A DNA stretch of 56,124 bases, from positions 26,332,254 through 26,388,377 of the forward strand of contig NC_068999.1 in NCBI RefSeq assembly GCF_001194135.2. The letters run 5' to 3'. The position numbers and the translations under genes were made by a program. The DNA is from Octopus bimaculoides (taxonomy: Eukaryota). How positions within the stretch are numbered: position 1 is the stretch's first letter; the number at the start of each line of letters is the position of its first letter. Positions 26,401-38,400 of this stretch are shown piece by piece. The notes below the pieces were generated by a model that saw only the letters and a program-made list of their open reading frames with translations, searched no databases and was not told the DNA's origin.

Positions 26401-29400
26401 CCAACAATATACAAATATCTAAGTTTGAAGATTCCATAAAAGAGAAAAGTGGTAGTAGGTCAGCAGAGAAATAAATTAAAAACAAAATATATTTTTGTTT
26501 TAGCTGATATTTTTCATTCTAACAATTGACTTCCTTCTGTACAATACTTGATGTTGCCACTACATTATTTTAAAAGAAGTTGAAGTGGTGCTCCAGCATG
26601 GCTGTAGTAGAAAGACTGAAACAGGTAAAAGATAAAAGAATTTGATGTGGTGTGAAAATATTTTTTACCTCTTCATGAGATAAAAGTGAGGGCTTATCTG
26701 CAGTTGGTTTCACAATGTTGGCAACCATAGCTGCCACAGATATTCTGCGCTGACCATTCGCATTGTCACAGCCTTGCTATAAGCATAAAAAAAGAAATGA
26801 ATATGTTGGTATTAAATCATGCTGAAACATTAATAAAAGACAAAAATGATGAAGTGGATAAGTTATTAGATTACCACTTCATGGATTCAAATCATCTACA
26901 GGCATTTTTATGGATCTAAAATACTATTATGTTACTTGTCTATGTTCGCTTAGTTTTAAAGAATACTTAGCAGATATTTTAGTAAAGTTAGACTATCACC
27001 CTAAGATTGCTGTCTCTTATCAATTTAATACTACAAAAGTCCTATGTATTAAGGGCATCCAGCTGTAGAAACCATACCAAAACAGACAACCGGAGCTTTG
27101 TGCAACTCTTCTGGCTAGCCAATTCCTGTCAAACAGTCCAACCCGTACCAGTATTGAAAATGGAGATTTGATGATGATGATGGAAAGTCTAATGACCTAA
27201 ATAACTAATGCATTAAAAGCTAAGAAAATTTGTGATGATGCTAATTTTGTAACTACTGTCACTTTAGTTGTTCTATAGTAAAACTATGGCAGTGAGACAT
27301 AGGCTGTGACTACTGAGGATATGTGAAGGCTTGAAAGAGATAAAGCTAGTATGCTTCATTAGATGAGTAATGTCAGTGTGCATGTATGACAGAACGTAAG
27401 TCGGGAAAAAAACTGGATATATGAGACCAGATGTAGTGTGCAAGAGAAAAGACTGCACTGGTATGGTCATGTAATGCATATGAATAAAGACAGTTGCATC
27501 AAGAGGTGCCGCCTTTAATTGTGGAGGGAACATGTGGGATGAAGTGTTGAGAAAGGATTTTCACATGCTGGGTCTCACAGAGGGGATGATAGGAGAGACT
27601 GAGACTCTTGGTGGTTTGCTGTGCTTCAGAAGACATGTCAAACTAAGTAAAATCATGGTTGTCCTTGCATACAGGCATGTCCCCTCCATCCCTCTCCAGC
27701 TGAGCATTCCTAATCTTGCAGGCTCATGGATACTGGTTTCACATAAAAAGCACTGGAACCAGTGCCACATAAAAGCACCCAGTACAGTCTGTTAGGTGGT
27801 TGGTGTTAGGAAGGGTATTTAGCCATAGAAACCATGCCAAAACAGACATAGAGCCCAAGCAGCTCCTGTCCATCCAATCCAAGCCAGCATGGATGGGGGA
27901 CATTAAATGATGATGATGATGACAATTAAAAGCTATCCTGAAGTTTTCCTTATGGTAAATTAAAAGAATTACAGACTGTTCTAGTCTTACCTGTAAGCCA
28001 AAGCAGGCTGCATGAGTATATTTCCCATCTCGAGGAAATAAATCCAAGTAGAAATAACCCAAAAGTTTATTACTGTCGGTATCTGTCACACTGTACTGAA
28101 AACAGAATTATAATTAGGCTTTCATAAAACATTAAAAAGAGTTATGCAACAAGAGCAATGAACACTGAAAATAATTAGGTACAAAATTATACTGAATACA
28201 CAACTTTGTTGCTACACTCTACTTCGGTGGTTTTTAAGAAGAGAAAGTTCTTCTGAACTATGTAAGGATATTATCACCTTACAAATATGGCTCAAAATGG
28301 AGTACAGCATGGATCCAATATTTGAACATTTAAACACTCTGAATTTATCACATTTCAAGGAGCAAAATATAACTAACTTTGATAAGGCTTTTGAGAAGGA
28401 AATGCCAAGAAAGCAAATTTCTGAATTTTTCTTAAATTCAGTCAGTTTTGAAGACTACAGCAGTCTATCTGACAATATCATGACTCATCTTTGTGTTATA
28501 AAATTTGATATTAAAAGATTCTTTCCTACAAAGGAATGCAGAGCACTAGAAAAATCAAGCCGAATGTTAAAACTATTTGATGCAGCTACCAATGCGCTGT
28601 ATATTCCCAATGAGGCAAGATTCCAATGTTGCACTGAAACATTGTTTGGTGTGGAAATTAAAATTCTCAGTATCAACTGAAGTGAAAACACTGGTAGCTG
28701 AAACTTGGAAATTCTGGTTTGATTTATCTAACTCTCTCAGAAGGGATTCTCAACAATGGCTCAAACGAAAAGCAAAGCAAAAACATCATGAAAGTTGGAT
28801 GTATTAATTAGATATATAATGTCTTTGCTCTAGCCATAATTAAATAATTTGATAAAATCACAAAAACCCATTCATTAAATCTCAAAACTCTACTTATTCA
28901 AATGATATAAGATCAGTTCTTCATGACATTCTAAGAGCCTAATCTGGGATTTTTTTCAAATGGCTAGTTGTTTTAATAAAGGGAAAATGACATCAAATTT
29001 AAAGGTTCTTTCTAAATTTCTCAGTAATATTTAGGATTATTACTGTAATAAAAGTAGTAGACCACTGCCCTAATGAATTATTTTCTTACAGTTCATTATT
29101 GTAAGGTGGCTTAAAATTGTATTAACAAAGACTATTACAGAGAATGAAAAATTGTATTAACAAAGAAATTACAGAGAATGAAAAAATAAACTAACAGGTA
29201 CTGGAACTGTCAAATTAAGCAGCACTCACCATTGTGACATCTGGATGCCAGACAGAAGGGTTTTCTATTTTTGCAAACGTTAACCCAAGTAAATCCTGAA
29301 ATAAAATAATGTTTTAAAAGGATGATTATAATCGTTTACACAGATTCAAATGAAACCAGGTTTTAAGAAGGGGAATTTATGAAATTGTGACATTCATGCA

Positions 29401-32400
29401 TTTCTGAAAGTTATTAGTAATGTAAATGATTTGAAATAGTACAAACTGGAAATCAAACGTGGAATACTGTATCAATTTTATAGGAACTTAACATTACACC
29501 ATAAAACAAAAACAAAATAGCCATGATTCAAGTTCAAATTCAGTGAAAGTGTTTCATTATGTATTTGGACTGTACACTTAAGTCTTTCTTCACTGTCTCA
29601 GTTAAGCTAATAGTCTTCTTCAAAATGCTTTTAAGGGTAGTCCACACTGTGTACTTAATGCTGACCAATCCACTTTTGCAATTTGTCCCTACCCATGTCA
29701 AGTCAACAACTTCACTAAATTTAATACAGCACCTGGTTAAATCCTCATGAACTTGTAAAATGTCTCTCAAAAAGCTCCCTGCAACATAAGGCATTGTAGC
29801 CTGGTTGGTGGGGTGGGAAAGAGCAGATAGTAGTCTTCTTAATACATGTCCGATCAATCAACATCTTTTTACCTTTTGGCATTTAAACTGGCCATATCTG
29901 GCCAAAATATTTTATCTGTTTCATGTTCAAATCAGCCTAATCTGGCTTCTTACACTTACTCTACAGCATCATATTAAAAATAAATAATCACATCTTCAAA
30001 ATCTCAAAGCTATGAAATAGACCATGATCAACTCAAAACAATGCAAAAAAGTATTACATTTGAAAGAGTAATCTGAATGCTAAGGGGTTAACAGATTTGT
30101 TGACAGTGTAGGANNNNNNNNNNTTTCAATGTACCGTCATCCAACCCACTTTACTTTATCAGTAGATAGCATAGTGTGATAAGTGGATTCAATTTTTTCT
30201 TAAAGCATTATCATCGAAAGAAAGAAATTTCGTTTTAACATAGCATTAGAATCTGAATTTTAGGCCAGGCAAATCAGTGTCATGACCTTTAGAGAACTAG
30301 ATAATATTGTCATCCAAGCATTTACAATAACTTTTTTGTCAGTAGTATTATACTAATGTTTTTGAAATGCTAAACTATATTTTCAAAGTTCAGATATAAA
30401 TTGTTAATGACATATACAATAAATTTTGAAAAATGTCATAAATAATAATCTAAAAGTATAACTATTTCCACAAGGAGCTTGATATGTTTTTGTCATAGTA
30501 CTTCTGAGAGTGTACAATAAGTGGAGGCATAGCAGTGTGGTTAAAAAGTTTTTTTCTCAACCAGTTAGTTTGGGGTTCAGTCCCACTTTGGCACATCTTA
30601 AGCAACTGTCTTCCACTTATAGTTCCAGGTGATAGTAGGAGATGTCATCAAATGTCATCATCTGTAGTTGAACTACAAATGGTGATATTTGATGACATTT
30701 TCTGTCAACAAATCACCCAATAGTTGTGCTTTTGAATTCCTCTGGAATAAGAATATTCCTTACTTGAAAAATAGGCAAGAGTTGGCAACAGGAAGAACAT
30801 TTGGCTATAAAATCCTTGTGAGAACTGTACAAGCCATCTACAAGGATGCTGTCAATAAGATGAGAATTAGCCATGTATAGTGATAGGTTTAGTATCCAGA
30901 TAGAAGTTCATCAGGGCTTGGTTTTCAGAGTCCTCCAGGTCATAACAGAGGAGTTTTAGACTGGTTTCCTGTGAGAACTCCTCTATACTGGTGCTAGTTG
31001 AATCTGTAGTAGAATTAGAAAAGAAATTCCAGGCATGGAAGCAAAGCCTGGTATCAAAGGGTCTCAAAGTCAACTTAGCAATGACCAAAGTTTTAGTAAG
31101 GAAGAAAACAAATTTCTGCTTCCATCACTGAAATGGCCTTGTTCAATGTACAGAAAAGAAGTAGGTAGAAATTCTATACAGTTTACCTAGTGCAAACTAT
31201 AGACACAAAAGTGATGCAGTTGTATCAAAGACAGTTAACAGAGGGTAGACTTTGTACATAGATGATCAGAAGCAATAAGCACTAAAAGGACTTTTTCAAA
31301 AACCCAGGAAGATTCCTAGAGATAGTAAATAGCTTCTGTTACATGGGTGTTCAAATAAGTAGTAGAGAGAGATGTTCTAAAAGTACAGTTGCTAGAATAA
31401 GAACAGACAAAGTTCAAATAAGTGTTGCCACTGCTGGCAACAAAAGCTTCCTCTCCCAAAGAAAAAGACAGATTGCATGATGCTTGTGTATGAACTGCAA
31501 TGCTACATGGTAGTGAGACATGGGCCTTGAATGCAGAGGGCTTGTAAAGCTTAGAAAAAAATGAAACCAGCATGCCCAGTCGGATGTGCAACATAATTGT
31601 GCATGAATGACAATGTATAAATGTATTGCATAATGTATGTGCATAAAAGCTGCACTGGTATGGACATGATGTGTATGGACGAGGATAGCTGTATAAAGAA
31701 GTGCTGATCACTTAAAGTGGTTGGAACTTGTGGAAGAAGGAAGCCCAAGAAAACATGGAATAGTGAAGGTTGATCTAAGGACTTTGAACCTCATAGAAAA
31801 GATGACAAAGGACCAAAATGACTGGAAATATAATACAGTGCTCAAGAAAGCCCATCTAACAATGTGAAACTGATTCTGAAATGTGTGCTCTTGTGTGTGT
31901 GTGTGTGTGCATGCAGGTACACACACACACACACACACAACAGTGCCCATCATCCAATTTCCTCCTCAAGCCTCTCAACTTCCCATCATTTGTCTATCAC
32001 TGATCCATTCATTGCCTTTATAGCCTCAATAGTCTGATGCTGAAATTAAATGAGAGCAGCACTGCATATTTCATCATCTTTTTCCGTGATACCAGTGATC
32101 TTTCTCACTTCCTGGAGCCACTTCACTCATCATTCATCCTTTAATTTTTAATAATGTCCCTCCCCATTAACATTTTACACTGATCATTGTTCTGTGCTAC
32201 CAAATTATCTCTCCTTCTCAACCATCATACATCTCTCACTCTCCCCATGCACATCTGCCTCTCCTCTCACTCCCATGCAACCTACCCAAACACATGTCAT
32301 CTCTCTTTCTCATCCTTCCTCTGTCCACTGGATTACTATTTTGCTATTCCTCACCCCTGTCTGTACTGTCAGTTGTCACCTACTCTCCTCTACCTTCTCC

Positions 32401-35400
32401 CCATCTCATGTATTATCAAACATTTCTCCATCCTTGTCCTCCATTCACTACTTCCCTATTTTCTGTAAAATCACTAATATAACAAAAAATTGTGACAAAT
32501 AAGCTTACCTGGTATATACTCAGAAGACCTTCAGTAACGATTTCCACTGAGAAATATTCACGAAGTTTATCCTCATCAATAGCAAAATCTTTCTCCTCTA
32601 GTAAATTCATGCAATAACGCATATCATACATGTTTATCTTTCCATCAAATTCAAAGTTGTGTTTCTCACACTATTGAAATAAAAATATCTTTTTTAATAT
32701 TTTGGAATATTCATAACAATACAAATATTTATAACCTAAAGGAAGATATATTTGGTACAAGTGATAAATCATTATCTTTCATGTTTTACACTATTTTGCT
32801 ATTTCAACTGTATGTTTAATTCTTCTAAAGTCAATAAAAGAAATGTCAGAAATAGATTGTACTTTACTACCTTCAAATATTGGCATTATGCCAAATCAAA
32901 GGAAATCAATATTTATAGCCATATCCATCCTCATTTACAGACTAAAGGAAACCATATTAGGTTGTCCCCCCATGATGTGGCTAGTTTCTAAAATTTATTT
33001 TTGTGAATGCATATCAAATAAATTTTAAAGCATTAACTCCTGCTATGCATTTTTCCGACATCACTGATTTAGAAAATCTTATATCTATTGCTGATTATAT
33101 ACTGGTTTTAATGTTCTTTCTTTGCTTTCACAGATGCTATTCATAAAAGTAGTCAAAATTTTGCCTTTGTGTGAGTTTAAACTTAGTAAAAATGCATCTC
33201 AAGTAATCAAAAATGTGTTGCATTTAGGATGAGAACTTGCACTGCAAGAAGATAGTTCAGTTAATTTCAATCTGGAGACAAATGCCTGAATAATGAGTGT
33301 TGTGGAAACCCTCCATCAGTGGTCAATGATGAAACATTAAAACAATGTGAACGCTAATCCTAAGAGTACTATTTGAGCTTTTGTCAATGATTTTAAGGTT
33401 TCAAAATCATCTATAAGACACTATTTTGCAATGATCAGTAAAGTGAAAAAGGTGGACAATGTTGTTCTTCATGAACTACAAACTGCAAAAGAGATGCAGC
33501 ATTTGACAGTCTGTTATTCTTGCATGAAATAAAACCATTTTCTGAAAAGAATAATCACGCGTGACAAAAAGAAATGTAAAAGATCTTTGCAACAGCTATT
33601 CATTTCTGTAGCCAGGAGAAACAGTAACATCTCAAATCTAACTCTCTATCAGCAAATTGGGGGTCAATTAATTCCAAATTATCTCTGAAACATCCGGCAT
33701 TGATAAATAGACAATGGCTTATACTCTTGCACGACAGTATCAGATCCCATTTCACAAATCAAACCAAAGCACAGTTATAGCAACTTAATTATGAAATATT
33801 GGATCATCCTACATATTCTCCAGATTTATCAACAGACTATCATTTATTTTGCCACCTTTCAGCTTTTCCTCTGTGACAAAAAGTATGAAAACAAAGAAGT
33901 AATGATATTTGAACAATTTATAGCTTCAAAAGACAATAATTTTATCAAAGAGTCTCCAAGTGTGATGGAACGGCATTGTTAGCTAAAGGAGTGTATTTTG
34001 ATCAATAAATAATGATTAAATACTTTTTATTTACTAATTTCTAAGTGGCTACTTCATGTGGGACAACCTGATATAAACACACAAAATCCATTCCCAGAAA
34101 CATTTCATTAAACTTGTAACATCATCTGGTTGATTCAAGCTACTTTTCTTCAAATAAAATAGAAAAATTATTATTGGGTTATAACTATACTAATCTTACT
34201 TATATCTTTTCATGTTGTTTGTTTTTGTATTTAACTGGTCTAAAAGTAACAAACGCATTGTATTTTAAGAAGGCGCTTAGTCTTCAGATATGATACTTAT
34301 TTCTCATTAGCAATGACAGATTTCAAAAGTAAATTGTGAAACACTGTCTACATAAAACTTAATACATATTTACCATTTCCTTCTTGTATTCCAAGTAGTA
34401 TTTCATTTCTTTTTCATATATCATTTTCAGTTTGGGCAATAGTTCTGCATAAAATTTCTGCACAGTTTCTGGAGTTTTTGCCATTCTCATATCTAAGACA
34501 CATGAAGCATGTGTCTTATAGCCTAGCAGATTGGCTTGCTGCAAAAATAAATGATACACTGATAGCAATCATATTTAACAAATCAAATCAAAGTCCATAT
34601 ATATATACTATTAGACTCAAGGTACACAAGGTTTTAAACAAAACTTTGCCATTACACTTCATATCTTTGCTTTACAACCTAACTACACCTTAAAGGACTG
34701 CCTACACTTCTCAGTACAACTAGCTGTAGATTTGTTTTATTCTTTTCTTTTTTTTAATCTATCTAGCAGACCATCACAGAAAAAAAAATATGTACAATAA
34801 GAAAGAAAAAGAAACGAAGCTCCTATCTCTGCTGGTGACAAGGGGCCTCTTGCTCAGAGTAAAAGGTAGACTGTATGACGCATGTGAGCGAACAGCCATG
34901 CTACATGGCAGTGAAACATGGGCTGTGACTGCTGAGGACATGCGTAAGCTTGCAAGGAATGAAGCCAGTATGCTCCGCTGGATGTGTAATGTCAGTGTGC
35001 ATACATTACAGAGTGTAAGCACCCTGAGAGAAAAGTTGGATTTAAGAAGCATCAGATGTGGTGTGCAAGAGATGACTGCGCTGGTATGGTCATGTGGTGA
35101 GAATGGATGAGGACAGCCACGCGAAAAAGTGTCACACCCTAGTAGTTGAGGGAACCTGTGGAAGAGGTAGACCCAGGAAAACCTGGGATGAGGTGGTGAA
35201 GCATGACCTTCGAACATTGGGCCTTACCAAGGCAATGACTAGTGACCAGAACCTTTGGAGATATGCTGTGCTTGAGAAGACCCGACAAGCCAAGCGAGAC
35301 CATAGCCCATGGCCTATGCTAGTGGGTGTAACCAGCCCATTTATGAATACCCCTCATTCATTGGACAATAAACCTTGCTTGTGAAGACCTATTGAGGCAA

Positions 35401-38400
35401 GTGAAATCAAAATCAAAATTGCTGACGTGGCTGACGACAGTACTGCCTGATTGGCACTCATGCCAGTGGAATATTAAAAGCACATCCAAATGTGGAGTGT
35501 AACCGGCCCACTTATGAATACCCCTCATTCATTAAACAATGAACTTTGCTTGCAAAGACCTATTGAGGAAAGTGTAAACAAATTAAAATCGCTGACATGG
35601 CCAATGACAGTACCATTACTTTATCATGGCTGAAAAGATACCAAGCTGCATAACAATTACTGAAATAATTCAAGCAAATATTTGAGTTTTCAAAATCTGT
35701 TATTGAAAGGAATTTATTTAATTTTGGTTTTCCTTAGTAAAATAAATACAGATCAATGCAAAATATATTTTAAACAATTATCTCAACTGCACTCTAAATC
35801 AAAATAATATATGAAATACTATAAACCTTTAAAATTGCCATTATATTTTTAATAATTATACTAACCTCATGACGTAATTTGATTACTTCTTCAAGAATTG
35901 GAGCATTTTCTTTAATACATCTGGAATTGAAAATACAAGATAGAGATAATAAAACAAATATAATTTTTCTAATACAAATAATATAATTGCAAAGATTTAT
36001 TAAATACATTTATTAGGCTTATTTTAGACACTTTATTCTTTGATTCATCTTTGGGTGCCATATATTAAGCCCTGTATGTTCATTTTTCTTTAAATAAGTA
36101 CTGACCGAAGTAGAAGCTATCACATGAAACAACCAAATTACTGTGCAACTGATAAAAATTTTGTTAGTTAAAAAGTATTGAGCTTTTGATTTGTTAAATA
36201 GAAAATGTCTTGATATAATAGAGAGTGGTGTGATGGTAGGGAACATTAAACTTAATTTAAGAAAATATATTCAAATGATTTACTTGCTACTGTATTATCT
36301 TACAAATAAAATTTAAAAACCAAGAAACTCATTTACCGAGAATGGAAAATATATGCCAATTTCTTTCGAGTTTCAGGATTATGTGCTTTTTTCATGATTG
36401 GAAAATAATGCGGATATTTTAAAGTTACTTTGTATTTGCCATCGTCCGTCTGTTAAAAAAAAAAAATAATGTTACAGAGTAAAAATAGTTAAAATTTTGA
36501 AATATGAAAATTTTTTAAATCTATTTTTATTTCATGAAATGTTTACAGGTTATTTTAAATTAGAAATTCAATAAAAAGTATTTAAAAAATATTTATAAAA
36601 TTAATAATATATTTCTTTGTAATTGAAACGAAAATATTTGCCATCATTTGATGTTAAATAAATGTTAATTGTTCTTTAAAATTAACATCTTAGTTCATAA
36701 TTTATACACAGAACTTACCTTTTCTAGAGAACTTATGAAAGACTCTGGCAAGCCAACTGAATAACAAAATTAAGCAAAATTTACAGAAAATAAGAAAATG
36801 TATTAGCTGCTAAATAAATAATGAAATCAAATCAATATTTCATAAAATACAGGTAATTTAAACTCCATTTTGAAGGAAATTGTTAAATATATATAGAGAA
36901 ACTGATATTTTATATAAATATATATAGAAGACTGATATTTTTACTTGCATTAGCAGAGTAAAAGAAATGAAATGGCTTCAAAAGCAACACACATATATAT
37001 TGTTATAAAAAGTACAAAAGAATAATAGGATTAAAGCAAGTGAAATTGTAGGTATAGTAGCAAAATAGAATTAAGAATGACAGAATTCAGTTTGGAATTA
37101 TTATCAGAATGTGAAACTACAGACACTTAGCTAAGCAGATACACTGGTGAAATCCCTAGCTGGTCCTTAGTTTAAAAAGTGTTATTCAGCACATCATACT
37201 GAACCATTGTCATGATGATCATGGCTGCTAACTAAGTTTCAATGACCCAGTTGATACAGTTGTAAATAAAAACTGTGGATGACAGTGTATATTCGATGAG
37301 TCTTTTGACAATAATGTGTAATCAATGATTATCAAGTTGTACTATTACATAACCTAATTAATGCTCAGAGTAGAACCTAAACAGTATAGTGTGTTGGATA
37401 CAAAGTTGATGAAATAAGTTGAAACAATTACTGATTTTGTTAGTAATAAAACTTTTCTTACTCTATACAAATAGACAGGCCATATATTTTGCATGTTAGA
37501 AATGTGATGAATAGGATTCATAAGACCTGCATGTCAGCATAATGAACTGATTACAAATTGATTGAAAAATTTATTATTTTTAGAGATTTTCTGCATTGTA
37601 TGCAAAAAAGAAGACTACAAAAGCTGTGGACATGAAATATATTTTGAAATGTCTTCAATGAAGAGTGTTTTAAGACTGTGGGTGAGGGAATCCAGATCAA
37701 AATTAAACTGACATAGGTTTAAGAATCAATATTTTAATCAGATTTTAAGGAAGTCAAGCACATCAACTACATAAGAAACCAAAGCCTTACCAGACATTCT
37801 AAAACTGCATCAGTTAAATAATAGTTGATAGTTGTTGATTCCAGTTTAAAATTGCCAAAGTTGTAGCAGCTCCATTTAAAGAGAGTAAAAATATTAATCT
37901 ATCAGATACTTTACAAGTCACAAAGATTATTGTAATTGTACTCACTCAAGTCCTCAGTAGAAAACTCCACAACAGAGTTTTCTTCAATTACATTCTTGTT
38001 GAATTCAATAGCCAATTCGCTTATTCTTTTTTTAATTTTCATGATTTTGTCTTGGGTTTCTTTAGGTAGATGTAAACCTTTAAATGGAAAAGAATAATTA
38101 AAAGTTTAAAGAACATATATTTTCTACACATAAAATGGTAGCGTGACAGTGGGCTTATTATTGTTATTTATCATATATTTGTACCACACTAAGAATCAAT
38201 TAAAATTTACTGGGAAATAGTGATCTTCATTCAATCTTCAGCTATGAAAACTATTCAAATATTTCTATTTTTTATTTCATAAAAACAAAAGACACGTCCA
38301 TTCCTTAAGAAGAACAGTGACAGGAATGAGAGAAATTAGCGTGTTTCATAATTCAATGATGAACATTTTTTTTTTACAACTACTCATTATAATTAGAATG

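Noticed and set aside
31960-32480. Several overlapping ORFs rich in S/L/P/H
   Set aside because: A pyrimidine-rich low-complexity strand lacks stop codons for compositional reasons; no motif or splice support. The purine-rich tract at about 49140-49520 is similar.
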